Of a stretch of DNA of 39,082 bases, positions 1 to 9,042 are shown piece after piece. How positions within the stretch are numbered: the first letter of the stretch is position 1; the number at the start of each line of letters is the position of its first letter. Below the pieces are notes generated by a model. That model was not told where the DNA came from and ran no database searches. It saw nothing but the letters and a program-made list of their open reading frames with translations. The translations under genes were made by a program, and so were the position numbers. The stretch spans positions 1 to 39,082 of the IMG/VR virus record IMGVR_UViG_3300027653_000032. The stretch is one strand, 5' to 3'. This DNA is from a virus. Its lineage: Duplodnaviria > Caudoviricetes.

Positions 1-34
1 CCTCCGTTCACTAATTCACTCCGACTACTATCCG

Positions 35-241
35 CTAAATACGCCCTTCCCGTCTAGCCTGCGCCTTACGCTCGTCATATTCATCGAGCAAGCTCCGCAA
101 TCTATCGTCGCGGCGAAATACCCACATCCGGTTGCCTGTCCGATGATGAATATCCGCGTATTCATAACGCAAGCCGTTCGCCTTTAAGAAGTACATTAAT
201 GTCGTCGAATAGCAATAGAATAAGTCGTTATCTTTCTCCAC
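35..241 (-). CDS. small phage protein, DUF5659-like
   Basis: 68-aa ORF with GGAGG RBS; pattern FYCYS..L..FL...G..Y....H..T....W.F resembles DUF5659 phage proteins (recalled, not searched). Confidence 0.5.
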   Translation of the reverse strand: MEKDNDLFYCYSTTLMYFLKANGLRYEYADIHHRTGNRMWVFRRDDRLRSLLDEYDERKAQARREGRI

Positions 242-283
242 ATAATAACCTCCGTTTACTATTCCGCATAATAAATAAAACGC

Positions 284-306
284 AAAAAGAGCCGGCCGAA
301 GCCCTC
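284..306 (-). terminator. possible intrinsic terminator
   Basis: imperfect GC hairpin (gag-cc-ggc-cgaa-gcc-ctc) followed on the minus strand by a T run. Confidence 0.35.
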
Positions 307-317
307 TCTTATTCTTT

Positions 318-488
318 CTATTCTCGATTATTATTCCTTCTCGAAATAGTCCGCCTGAAATCCTTCGGCTTATAATCCGCTAAATCTTCCGCATCCATGC
401 CGGCTTTCGCTAATAACAACATACCTGACGCTATTTCCGCCGTTGTCGACAGCGTATTATTCGCTAACTCTTTCGCTCGTTCATTCAT
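318..488 (-). CDS. 56-aa hypothetical protein (not in ORF track)
   Basis: ATG at 488 with GGGAGG RBS; MNERAKELANNTLSTTAEIASGMLLLAKAGMDAEDL...; stop TAG at 320-318. Confidence 0.6.
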   Translation of the reverse strand: MNERAKELANNTLSTTAEIASGMLLLAKAGMDAEDLADYKPKDFRRTISRRNNNRE

Positions 489-513
489 TCTTTAATATTC
501 CTCCCGCTTGCCT

Positions 514-705
514 TTATTCGTCAAAATAAGCGCGTTCTAGGCGTTTTAAGCCCGTAACTGCTTCCTCTACGTCTGCCGTAATACTAATCGTCAAATCTCC
601 GAGAGGAGGTTCTATCCCTTCGTCGCAATAACAAATTCCTCCGCCCTCAACTTCCCGGTAACATCCGCAAATTGGTTGAAAATCTCCGCGGTTATTTTCC
701 GCCAT
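514..705 (-). CDS. 63-aa hypothetical phage protein
   Basis: AGGAG RBS; Cys-rich N-terminus, C-terminal LGDLTISITADVEEAVTGLKRLER. Confidence 0.6.
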   Translation of the reverse strand: MAENNRGDFQPICGCYREVEGGGICYCDEGIEPPLGDLTISITADVEEAVTGLKRLERAYFDE

Positions 706-845
706 GATTATCGACTCCTTTTAATAAATTATTTTAGAGGAGATCTCTTCTCACAGATTATATAAATGGCTAATCGGCGATATTGTGCTACCGATTTAAC
801 CTCCGAATAGTATCGTAATGCTACGAACTAATTGCCTTTATTGTG

Positions 846-1451
846 CTACGTATTTTCGATAAATAGACGTAATTCATCGAGCGCTCTATTAGATATACGA
901 CTAATTCTCGATCTATCTACGCCCATCCTTTCCGCTGTTTCCGCTTGCGTCATGCCGTCTTTATATAACGATAAAATAACGCTATACTCCCGCTCGGTTA
1001 ATATCTGGCGTAAGAATACGTCCCAATCTACCGCCTGCTCATTTTTATTAATAGGCGATAGTAGCACGTCCCTAGCGCCCGTTGTCGTATTACTTACCGT
1101 GCCTATGACGTCCTCTTGCGGGTACTCGACGTCTTTAAGCGTCGTATTGCGCTCAAAATATCGCCCTGTCTGCCCGTAGCTCATAATCGGATACTCCTCG
1201 CGCGCCATTTTGTCCGGATGGCTGTCGGATAATGTATCGAGCAATATATACGTCGCTAAACGGCTTAATACGCTCGCTGGCGGTCTTTTGCCGTTAATCT
1301 CGACGTAATGCTCTACGATAGCGTCGGCGCTCTCTATGCGCTTATTTGGCGGGATTGAATCCCCCGCCTTTTTAGCGTCGTAATAAGCGTCAAATAGCGT
1401 CGTAATGTCGTCGTGTGCTTGCTGTGGTGTGTATGGAGTGCATGTCGTCAT
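846..1451 (-). CDS. sigma-70 region 4 HTH-containing phage transcription factor
   Basis: C-terminal LTEREYSVILSLYKDGMTQAETAERMGVDRSRISRISNRAL is a typical sigma region 4 HTH; ATGA-coupled to upstream MTase. Confidence 0.75.
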   Translation of the reverse strand: MTTCTPYTPQQAHDDITTLFDAYYDAKKAGDSIPPNKRIESADAIVEHYVEINGKRPPASVLSRLATYILLDTLSDSHPDKMAREEYPIMSYGQTGRYFERNTTLKDVEYPQEDVIGTVSNTTTGARDVLLSPINKNEQAVDWDVFLRQILTEREYSVILSLYKDGMTQAETAERMGVDRSRISRISNRALDELRLFIENT

Positions 1452-2383
1452 CTAATCGCCCGCCTTTCGTTTACGGCGTCATTTATTCGCCTTTCTGCGA
1501 TATTGTAGTATTTATCGTCCATCTCGATTCCCGTAAACCTCCGCCCTGCTTTAACGGCTGCGACGCCTGTGCTTCCGCTACCCATCGTCAAGTCTACGAC
1601 GAGGTCGCCTTCGTTCGAGTATGTGCGGATTAAGTCGTCGAGTAATGCGACGGGCTTTTGCGTCGGATGATAGCCGTCATAGTCCTTTTTATAGCGTAGT
1701 ATGTTCGACTTGTATTTTGCGTCGGGCGGAAGGTTGAATACGGATGGAGCATATCGCCTATCTATCGCCTGCAATTCGTCGTAAGCCTTAAATTCTGGCA
1801 TCTTATCGATATTATAAACGTCGATAAGCTCGGCGTATGTTTCCTCCGTACATAACGATAATTGCGTGCTTGTTATATAAAATGAATGTTCCGCTCTCCT
1901 ATGACCTAGCCGCTTGTTGATAGATGATAACCCCTCGCCTATATAGTCAAGTACCTTCGAGAAGTACTCCCGCAACGGATGCAGTCCGTCCGTATCATAC
2001 GTCTTATTAAACACAAGGATATCCTCGTAGTAACTAACGGGGGCTTTCTTCGCTATTAAACTGTTCGCGAAATGGTCTTTCTCCCAAATCATCCGATAAT
2101 TAAACGGTAAATTCGAAATAGCCTCCGTAATTAATCGGCTCGTATACGGCTCTTGCGAGAATAATACAAGCTTGCCATTTCGCCTTAATATACGGTTAGA
2201 AATCTCGAATAAGTCCGAAGGCTCTAACGCCATATCCCACGCCGTGTTAGCGTTATCCCAACCATCAAGTTGCGCACCTCTCATCGTACCATATGGCGGA
2301 TCGCATAAAATTAAATCAACACTACCGCTCTCAATTCGCTCATGCTCCGTCAAACAATCGCCTTTATAAAGTAAATACGTCAT
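1448..2383 (-). CDS. DNA amino-methyltransferase (N6A/N4C, beta class)
   Basis: DPPY near N-terminus, HPTQKPV and DLTMGSGSTG SAM-binding motif near C-terminus. Confidence 0.9.
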   Translation of the reverse strand: MTYLLYKGDCLTEHERIESGSVDLILCDPPYGTMRGAQLDGWDNANTAWDMALEPSDLFEISNRILRRNGKLVLFSQEPYTSRLITEAISNLPFNYRMIWEKDHFANSLIAKKAPVSYYEDILVFNKTYDTDGLHPLREYFSKVLDYIGEGLSSINKRLGHRRAEHSFYITSTQLSLCTEETYAELIDVYNIDKMPEFKAYDELQAIDRRYAPSVFNLPPDAKYKSNILRYKKDYDGYHPTQKPVALLDDLIRTYSNEGDLVVDLTMGSGSTGVAAVKAGRRFTGIEMDDKYYNIAERRINDAVNERRAIR

Positions 2384-3684
2384 TCTATCGCCTGCCTTTC
2401 GCTTGTTTCCGCCTCTATTCCGGTTCTCGCCTCGATAATCGGAATATACTCCTCCGTAAGCTCTACGCCGATAAAGCCGAATCCCTCGCGCTTGGCCGCT
2501 ACTAGTGTCGAGCCGCTGCCCGCGAAAGGATCAAGGACTGTCCCGCCGGCTGGTGTGACCAGCCTTACAAGCCACGCCATGAGGTCGGTAGGCTTTACGG
2601 TTGGATGATTATTACGATTAACCGTATTAAACCGCTCGAAACCCTTACTATTCTGTAGGTTGCCATGACCTGTAGGAGCTTCTTCCAATCCAATTTCCTC
2701 GCCCTTCCAGTCGCTATTGCGGTCTTTCTTGCTCGCCTTTTTCGATAGCTCCTCCGGGCTAACATTCGGCTGCGCCTCATGCGCTGTCGCAACATTAAAA
2801 TACTTCGAATAGAACTCGTCAGAATCTAGCGTTATGCAGTTAGCGGGGAAGCGTCCGTTGTTTTCTCGCGATTTAAAAGCATTATACTTATTCGCGTCAT
2901 ATTTCCCGCCGACGTACCCATCCGCCTGCCAACCGCTTTTTGCTCGCCGTGTTTCATCTTCCGTAGCAATCCTACTCGCATCAATATTAATAGCGCCCGT
3001 GCCGTACTTCTCGACGCAATCAACTACGGTTAGCTTGCGCCCTGTATCTGCGTCGATTAACGGCTTTCTAACGACGATAATCGGCTCGTGGGCGGGCTTT
3101 AGCGCCGTTCCCCATCCGTCCCATTTCTTCGCGAGTTCGGTTGCTGGGGCGGTTATAGCGTTATTTTCACCGGGGTTAAATAATGCTTCGTCGTTATTGT
3201 TCGCATAAGATTTCTTATCTCCTATCCGGATACGCTGTCCGATAACCTCCCTTTCCGCTCCTGCACGCCTATCAAACGCCTTACTTACGTCATGCGACTT
3301 AGGGAAGCCGCTAAAATAGATCCACTCGATAACGTCACGTACTTCAAAGCCCGCTAAGCGTAAGCTAATCGTCATTAAGTCTTGTGTACGAGTTCCCGCG
3401 AATACTAACGCATGGCCTCCCGGCTTTAATACGCGGTAAACCTCGCGCCATAATGAAGGAGGAGGAACGAACCCGTCCCATTCCTTTGACATAAATCCTT
3501 TACCATCAGGAACGAACGAGGCATCCCCGCTGACCCATTCCGACAATACTTTCGTAATATCCGGCTCTTTGGATAGTCCATATGGAGGGTCGCATACAAC
3601 TGAATCAATGCTATTATCCTCCAGTCCCTTTAAAACTTCCGTTGACTCCCCGTGAATTAGCATTTCCGTTATGTTACTCGTCAT
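2380..3684 (-). CDS. DNA amino-methyltransferase (N6A/N4C, beta class)
   Basis: DPPY, GFPKS, HPTVKP and DPFAGSGST motifs; start moved to ATG 3684 behind AGGAG RBS. Confidence 0.9.
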   Translation of the reverse strand: MTSNITEMLIHGESTEVLKGLEDNSIDSVVCDPPYGLSKEPDITKVLSEWVSGDASFVPDGKGFMSKEWDGFVPPPSLWREVYRVLKPGGHALVFAGTRTQDLMTISLRLAGFEVRDVIEWIYFSGFPKSHDVSKAFDRRAGAEREVIGQRIRIGDKKSYANNNDEALFNPGENNAITAPATELAKKWDGWGTALKPAHEPIIVVRKPLIDADTGRKLTVVDCVEKYGTGAINIDASRIATEDETRRAKSGWQADGYVGGKYDANKYNAFKSRENNGRFPANCITLDSDEFYSKYFNVATAHEAQPNVSPEELSKKASKKDRNSDWKGEEIGLEEAPTGHGNLQNSKGFERFNTVNRNNHPTVKPTDLMAWLVRLVTPAGGTVLDPFAGSGSTLVAAKREGFGFIGVELTEEYIPIIEARTGIEAETSERQAIE

Positions 3685-3686
3685 AT

Positions 3687-3818
3687 TTAAACACACTCCT
3701 CTATGATGTTTAATAACGCATACTCCCCAAAAAGATCTTTGGCGGCATTGTTATACGCTTGAGCAGCGTCTTTTTCGCTCTTACCTGAATTATTATTAGC
3801 GGTAATATATGCCGTCAT
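3687..3818 (-). pseudogene. 43-aa remnant of an AP2-domain (HNH-AP2 homing endonuclease-type) gene
   Basis: GGAGG RBS; EKDAAQAYNNAAKDLFGEYALLN matches the AP2 C-terminal helix, but beta strands and HNH domain are missing. Confidence 0.6.
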
Positions 3819-3882
3819 TAAATCGCCTCCAATAAGTCGTTAATCTTGTCCGCCTTTTCCCAAGCAAACTCGTCCCGCCCAT

Positions 3883-4170
3883 CTATTCGCCCTCCTTTTC
3901 ATTTATTCCTCCGCCGCCGTCAACAAACACCTGCATATAAGCGACCGCAATCGCCGCGCCTATCGCATGGGCCGCCTGCTCGTCCGTAAGTCCGGGATAA
4001 TCTCGCTTTAAAGAATCCGCGTTATATTCAACGCCATTTAAAGCGCCCGCTGGCGAATCCTGCCAAATATCGAATTTTATATCGAGCTTGGTATCTACGG
4101 CTAAATCTAGCATTTTGCTCGCAGTCGCTGGCGGATATTCCTCGAAAAATACCTCGAAACGTTTCGCCAT
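3883..4170 (-). CDS. hypothetical protein
   Basis: 95-aa ORF abutting upstream MTase stop, RBS AGGAGG. Confidence 0.65.
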   Translation of the reverse strand: MAKRFEVFFEEYPPATASKMLDLAVDTKLDIKFDIWQDSPAGALNGVEYNADSLKRDYPGLTDEQAAHAIGAAIAVAYMQVFVDGGGGINEKEGE

Positions 4171-4671
4171 TTACTCCGCCTCCTTTTCGATATAATTCTC
4201 CATCGCCGACAACCGCGGCATCCCTTCCGCCCGCGCTTGCCCGTCCTGCATATCCCAAACGACGACCGCGCTCGGAAACGGCGCGCTATTCTTGCCGTCG
4301 CCAAACCGCAGCCTGCCTTTGACGAGCCGTATCTCATCCGCCCGCATCACGTAATCGTGCCAATATCGCGTATCGGTACGGGCCGGAATAAGCGCCACCA
4401 CCTGCGCGCCTTTCCTCGATTCTTCGTAAGCTTTCGCAATCCAATCGCCGATAACTCGCCCATAAGGCGGATTCATAAATACGCGCTCGGGCGCCCAATC
4501 TTGCGCCAGCCCGTCGTCTGCCTCCGTAAAATAGCGGCGGCATTTTGCGTTGGTATCGTCCGCGCATGGATCTAGCGTAAAATCAAACTCGCTGTCCAAA
4601 CGCTGAAAGAACGAGTCAGGCGTTGCCCATTGGTCCGTTTTTGACGAGTAGTGTACGTCCATATTCTTCAA
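4171..4671 (-). CDS. phage N6-adenine DNA methyltransferase (phage Dam-like family)
   Basis: W.TP..FF..LD.EF.FTLDPCA, DGL.QDW, NPPY, PARTDT.YWH, GRL.F motifs. Confidence 0.9.
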   Translation of the reverse strand: MKNMDVHYSSKTDQWATPDSFFQRLDSEFDFTLDPCADDTNAKCRRYFTEADDGLAQDWAPERVFMNPPYGRVIGDWIAKAYEESRKGAQVVALIPARTDTRYWHDYVMRADEIRLVKGRLRFGDGKNSAPFPSAVVVWDMQDGQARAEGMPRLSAMENYIEKEAE

Positions 4672-4913
4672 TCTGTCGCCTCCTCTGCGTTCATGCCTTC
4701 GAGATATAGCTCGTTAATTTCGTCCGCATTATCTACGCTATTAATAGCCTCGCCGACGACTTCTAGCTCGTATTGAAAATCCGCAGCCTGTTCGGCCTGC
4801 TCGATTAACCATTCGAGGTCGCTGTCGCTGATTCTGTTCGGCAGGCCGTGCTTGATGGCGTAAGCATATTCCGCCTTAATGTCCGCAAGTCTTTCTATAT
4901 CTGATAAACTCAT
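4668..4913 (-). CDS. small phage protein of the 'WLIEQAE' family
   Basis: 81-aa ORF, SDLEWLIEQAEQA shared with ORFs at 11107 and 11741. Confidence 0.65.
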   Translation of the reverse strand: MSLSDIERLADIKAEYAYAIKHGLPNRISDSDLEWLIEQAEQAADFQYELEVVGEAINSVDNADEINELYLEGMNAEEATD

Positions 4914-4958
4914 AAAATCATTCCTTTCAAAGATATTTAAATTTCTTTTCTTTTTCGC

Positions 4959-4987
4959 TTGACTTTCGTTTAAAAATCGTTTATACT
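4959..4987 (+). promoter_or_regulatory. sigmaA promoter
   Basis: TTGACT(4959-64)-N17-TATACT(4982-87), AT-rich upstream. Confidence 0.8.
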
Positions 4988-5041
4988 TTTAAGTAGAAGG
5001 TCAGAGAGACGACCAAACAAATTATAAGGAGATTGATAAAA

Positions 5042-5299
5042 ATGACAGTAACAGCAATTAACTTTAAGGAAATGACCGCTAAAGAACTTCGCGAGGTAAC
5101 GTTAAACTATTCGGAGCTATCCCCGATGAGCAAGGCAATGCTTGACGGAGTTGATCGCGTCGTATTTAACGGCCAGTTCCTAGACGCTTATAAGGACGAT
5201 ACTCGCGTTTACCAGTTCGGATATACCGAATATATTGACGAGGAATACTTCGACGGCAACGTTAGCGGTTATGTACAGTACGGAATAGAATTAGAATAA
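5042..5299 (+). CDS. small acidic hypothetical protein (counter-oriented cassette)
   Basis: AGGAG RBS at 5027-31, ATG 5042, downstream of sigmaA promoter. Confidence 0.75.
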   Translation: MTVTAINFKEMTAKELREVTLNYSELSPMSKAMLDGVDRVVFNGQFLDAYKDDTRVYQFGYTEYIDEEYFDGNVSGYVQYGIELE

Positions 5300-5319
5300 G
5301 TAAAAGGAGACGATATAAT

Positions 5320-5529
5320 ATGAATTTAGCGAAAATGGGACGGATTGAATTTGTCGAAACATTACAAGCGCATGAGGCGCGAATGGTAAGAAACGGATGC
5401 GGCCGAGATTTTACGGTCAATCATACGAATAAATTGCTAGATGAAATTATAGCCGACGAAAGCCAGCCGGCAAATCTTCGTGAGAATGCCCGATTTTATA
5501 AGGCGGCAGCCGTTCGGATAAACGAATAA
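5320..5529 (+). CDS. hypothetical protein (counter-oriented cassette)
   Basis: AAAGGAG RBS; 69 aa; followed by terminator. Confidence 0.75.
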   Translation: MNLAKMGRIEFVETLQAHEARMVRNGCGRDFTVNHTNKLLDEIIADESQPANLRENARFYKAAAVRINE

Positions 5530-5537
5530 AACAAGCG

Positions 5538-5563
5538 AGGCGGCCAATACGGTCGTCTTTTTT
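5538..5563 (+). terminator. intrinsic terminator
   Basis: aggcggcc-aatac-ggtcgtct hairpin plus T run between convergent genes. Confidence 0.7.
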
Positions 5564-7127
5564 ATTCGCCTGCTAATAATTCCGCGCCATCTATCTCGCC
5601 AAATTCCTTCGCCCGCAATTCCGCCGCAAACTCTCGCGCCCCTTCATCGCTTGCCTGCTCGCCCTTGCTCGGTATCCATGCGAAATACTGGCCAGCGATA
5701 TAGTTAAGCTTATCTAGTAGGTCTTTCCGCTTGAACCATATATGAATATTTCCGTTAAGGAACATTCGAAATCTTAACGTATTATTTTCGTAAGAATTAT
5801 CGCCGATAAATTCGAAGTCGTCCTCTACCGTCGGATCGATTAATTGAAACGCCTTTATAAGGTCGCCCACGAAGTCGCCCAGCCTTGTATATCGCAAGCT
5901 CGACCATTCTCGGCCGAAGTCCCAGCTTTCGAAACCGCCTCGATTAATCGGAATAATAATCTTCTCGTTTATCCGGTAAGCGTCGTTAGTTTTCCATCCA
6001 TTATAATAGTGTATATTCGTCGAGTATTCGTTCATATGGTACGTCGTAATCCGCTCGAACATCCGTACGATTGACTCGATTAACATATCGTCCTTATTCG
6101 AATACATCGCCATAAGCAGCGTCTTTATATTCGCAAAATTGATTTCCATCGCATTGGCGGCGCTTAATTGTCTTTGCAATCGCTCGCGCCCGTCGCTCGT
6201 TAAATGCTTGCGGAAATCGTCCGTATCTAATATAAGCGCCCAATATTCACGCCTTAGGCGGTCAATCTCCGCCTTCAAGCTCTCGCCGGTGTAATCGGAT
6301 TGGTCTACGTAATTAAACGGTCCAGTAACGTCACCTTCGCGTTTATTAACCTCGCTAATATAGCTGAGGAATGACGCCTTTTTCATCTGCGCCTCGAACG
6401 CCTCTTTGATAAGCTCGCAAGCCCGTTCATATTCGACGACTAGTCGTTCAATATCGTTCATTTTTTCGGACAGCTCGCTCGCTTCGAGATGCGTTGATAA
6501 AGCCGTTTCCGTTTCGTTTAATGCCTCGCCATCGTTTGTCGCGTGTATTACAAGCGATTGATATAGTGTCTTGCCTCCGAAGTCTTGCGTGATATGCACG
6601 CGAATAATCGCTACCTCGACGTTTGTCTTGCGCTGACTATCTGAGCCAGCGAAAGCGCTTGATACGTATTCTATTTCCGCGTCCCAGCGCTCCAGCCGGC
6701 GCTTTAATTCCTTCCGCTTGTTCGAATACGGATTTGTCAACGTCTCTTTATTGATGATGGCGTATATCTGACAATCCGTGAGCTGGTTTTCCGCTATATC
6801 TAACGCCTTAGATAGATGATCGGCGTCAGCGCTAAAGGGCGGATTCATAATGATATAGTCGTATTCCTTGAAGGTTTCATACGTCAGAAAATCGTCCCAT
6901 ACGACGTTGTAGCCTGCGCCCCGCAACGTATTAACGAGGTCGGGGTCGTTTTCAATGGCATCTATATCGTAATAATCGCGTCGGCCCATACGTGCCTTTA
7001 TATACTCGATCATATCGCCCTTGCCGGCACTTGGTTCGAGGATCTTGCCGTCAAGTCTCGTACTATAACCGATTAGTCTGTCGAATAAAGCCTTTGGCGT
7101 CGGATAGAAATCCGGATTATTTAGCAT
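5562..7127 (-). CDS. N6-adenine methyltransferase with DUF4942-like C-terminal region
   Basis: DFYPTP, LEPSAGKG, DDFL, IIMNPPF motifs in the N-terminal third; helical C-terminus with GWKTN and F.NGN.H motifs. Confidence 0.8.
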   Translation of the reverse strand: MLNNPDFYPTPKALFDRLIGYSTRLDGKILEPSAGKGDMIEYIKARMGRRDYYDIDAIENDPDLVNTLRGAGYNVVWDDFLTYETFKEYDYIIMNPPFSADADHLSKALDIAENQLTDCQIYAIINKETLTNPYSNKRKELKRRLERWDAEIEYVSSAFAGSDSQRKTNVEVAIIRVHITQDFGGKTLYQSLVIHATNDGEALNETETALSTHLEASELSEKMNDIERLVVEYERACELIKEAFEAQMKKASFLSYISEVNKREGDVTGPFNYVDQSDYTGESLKAEIDRLRREYWALILDTDDFRKHLTSDGRERLQRQLSAANAMEINFANIKTLLMAMYSNKDDMLIESIVRMFERITTYHMNEYSTNIHYYNGWKTNDAYRINEKIIIPINRGGFESWDFGREWSSLRYTRLGDFVGDLIKAFQLIDPTVEDDFEFIGDNSYENNTLRFRMFLNGNIHIWFKRKDLLDKLNYIAGQYFAWIPSKGEQASDEGAREFAAELRAKEFGEIDGAELLAGE

Positions 7128-7185
7128 TTATATCGCCCACCTTTCGAATTATTTTAAATCCTTCTGACAAATAACATCATATCGC

Positions 7186-7214
7186 TTGACTTTCGTTTAA
7201 TACTCGCGTATAGT
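7186..7214 (+). promoter_or_regulatory. sigmaA promoter
   Basis: TTGACT(7186-91)-N17-TATAGT(7209-14); 19 bp identical to 4955-4973. Confidence 0.8.
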
Positions 7215-7247
7215 ATTATATAGAATGAAGCGAGAGGGAGATGTTAT

Positions 7248-7493
7248 ATGTTATCAAAATACGAAAATATTATTAAAGAGAACGGATTACAGGAAGCGAG
7301 CCTAAGTGAGTGGAAAGACGGACTAATCACTATTTATTACAAAAAGAATATGGCAGTCATTAACTCTGAAAAAGATTTAATTGAATTTTGTAGGAAATAT
7401 AAAAATTACGTGGCGCCTAAACCTATTCCGTTAACGCCTTTCCAAGAACAGGCCGAAAGAGTTACGATAAATACATGGAGAAGCGGGAAATAA
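7248..7493 (+). CDS. hypothetical protein (counter-oriented cassette)
   Basis: 81 aa, GGGAG RBS, AT-rich, own promoter and terminator. Confidence 0.75.
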   Translation: MLSKYENIIKENGLQEASLSEWKDGLITIYYKKNMAVINSEKDLIEFCRKYKNYVAPKPIPLTPFQEQAERVTINTWRSGK

Positions 7494-7508
7494 TCTCGCT
7501 TCTTTTTT
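7479..7508 (+). terminator. intrinsic terminator
   Basis: agaagcggga-aataa-tctcgcttct stem plus T run. Confidence 0.75.
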
Positions 7509-7528
7509 ATTTTGCAGGTATAAACCGC

Positions 7529-7557
7529 TTGACTCGCGCGTATACTACTTATATAAT
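7529..7557 (+). promoter_or_regulatory. sigmaA promoter
   Basis: TTGACT(7529-34)-N17-TATAAT(7552-57). Confidence 0.8.
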
Positions 7558-7591
7558 CGTTTTATAATCGCTTCCTAAGGGGGTTATTCCG

Positions 7592-7969
7592 ATGAAACAA
7601 TCTACCGCGATTCTTGACGGCTTCGAATTCGTGCCAGCCGTTGACGCGCCCGCCCTGACGCTCGACAAATATTATCGCCTGTATATCAACCGCTCGACGC
7701 GCCGTTTGCTCGGCGTCAGCCCGTATGACCGCCTCGCCGTCGCCTATCGCCCGGATCGAAGCGAGCTTGCTATCGTCAAATCCAACGCCAAACTCGGCGG
7801 CCAATTACAGGCCGAGGCGTTAGCGTCCGTCTTTGCCGTCGATAAGCGTTATTATCTGCACCTGCGCGTCATGGCCCGACTATATGCGATTAAGCCCGCT
7901 AAATTCGTCTATGACCGCGGCGCGTCTGACGGTACTATTTTCGTATTTAGGCGTCAAGATTCGCCTTAA
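7592..7969 (+). CDS. hypothetical basic protein
   Basis: 125 aa, AAGGGGG RBS, near-consensus promoter upstream; 3' end overlaps metK 3' end. Confidence 0.7.
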   Translation: MKQSTAILDGFEFVPAVDAPALTLDKYYRLYINRSTRRLLGVSPYDRLAVAYRPDRSELAIVKSNAKLGGQLQAEALASVFAVDKRYYLHLRVMARLYAIKPAKFVYDRGASDGTIFVFRRQDSP

Positions 7970-9041
7970 ATTCCGCCAGCCGCGGCGTCTGCTCCCACTC
8001 GAATTCAGCCCATCCGAAATGCCCGCCCGTTGCCGTCGCCGCGAATATAGGCTTATCGAGGCCTAGCTCGCGGATAATGCCCGCCGGCGTTAAATCGAAC
8101 GTCTTGCGGATTGCCCGCTCGATATTAGCGTCATGTTTACCGTCTGTATTAACGGTAATACTTACCGGCTCGGCGACGCCTATCGCATAAGCAAGCTGTA
8201 TCTCGCATTCATCGGTAGCGCCCGCCTCGACGATATGATTTGCGATATACCTCGCCATATATGCGGCTGAGCGGTCGACCTTGGTCGCATCTTTTCCGCT
8301 GAACGCTCCGCCTCCATGCCGCGCCCAACCCCCGTAAGTATCAACGATAATTTTTCGCCCAGTCAATCCGCTATCCGCCAGCGGCCCGCCTAGTACGAAA
8401 TTGCCCGCGGGATTAACCAAGATTCGCGGCGGTTTATTCTCGTCAATATATTCGTAAAGTTCCGGCCTAATAACGAAAGTTTCGACTATCGCCCGAATAT
8501 AATCGAGATCAATATCCGCGGAATGTCTGACTGACATTAGAACGGTATCGAGCCGAGGTTTGTCCCCGCTATAATCGACGGTTACTTGCGACTTTGCGTC
8601 GGCTTTTAATCCGTCTGTATGCGGGTAAATCGCTTCGTATCGCCTTATTAATCGATGCGCTAGTGCAATCGGCAAGGGCAAGCGTTCAGGCGTCTCAGTC
8701 GTCGAATATCCGAACATTAAGCCTTGATCGCCCGCGCCGCCGTCCGCTATGCCTGCCGCAATGTCGGGCGACTGCTCGACGAGGTTATTGCGGAATTTAG
8801 CCTGCGCCTCGTATTCCGGATCTATCTCGCGGATTGCCTGTCGGATGGTTTCCTCGTAATCAATTTCGGCCGTTGCCGTAATTTCTCCGCCAATGATTAT
8901 TTCGCCCGCGGTCAGAAAAGTCTCGCAAGCTACCCGCGCGGTTGAATCTTGCGCGAGCGCTGCGTCGAGTATTGTATCGCTGATTAGGTCGGCCATTTTG
9001 TCCGGATGGCCTTCGCTTACTGATTCGCTCGTGAAAAGCAT
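7947..9041 (-). CDS. metK: S-adenosylmethionine synthetase
   Basis: FTSESVSEGHPDK, GAGDQG, DAKSQVT, GLTGRKIIVDTYGG, GGGAFSGKD.TKVDRSAAY all intact. Confidence 0.97.
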   Translation of the reverse strand: MLFTSESVSEGHPDKMADLISDTILDAALAQDSTARVACETFLTAGEIIIGGEITATAEIDYEETIRQAIREIDPEYEAQAKFRNNLVEQSPDIAAGIADGGAGDQGLMFGYSTTETPERLPLPIALAHRLIRRYEAIYPHTDGLKADAKSQVTVDYSGDKPRLDTVLMSVRHSADIDLDYIRAIVETFVIRPELYEYIDENKPPRILVNPAGNFVLGGPLADSGLTGRKIIVDTYGGWARHGGGAFSGKDATKVDRSAAYMARYIANHIVEAGATDECEIQLAYAIGVAEPVSITVNTDGKHDANIERAIRKTFDLTPAGIIRELGLDKPIFAATATGGHFGWAEFEWEQTPRLAEFKANLDA

Positions 9042-9042
9042 A

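Noticed and set aside
750-792. Possible late promoter (GCACA...TTATATAA on minus strand) downstream of the sigma-like gene
   Set aside because: Single instance in the window, so no consensus can be supported
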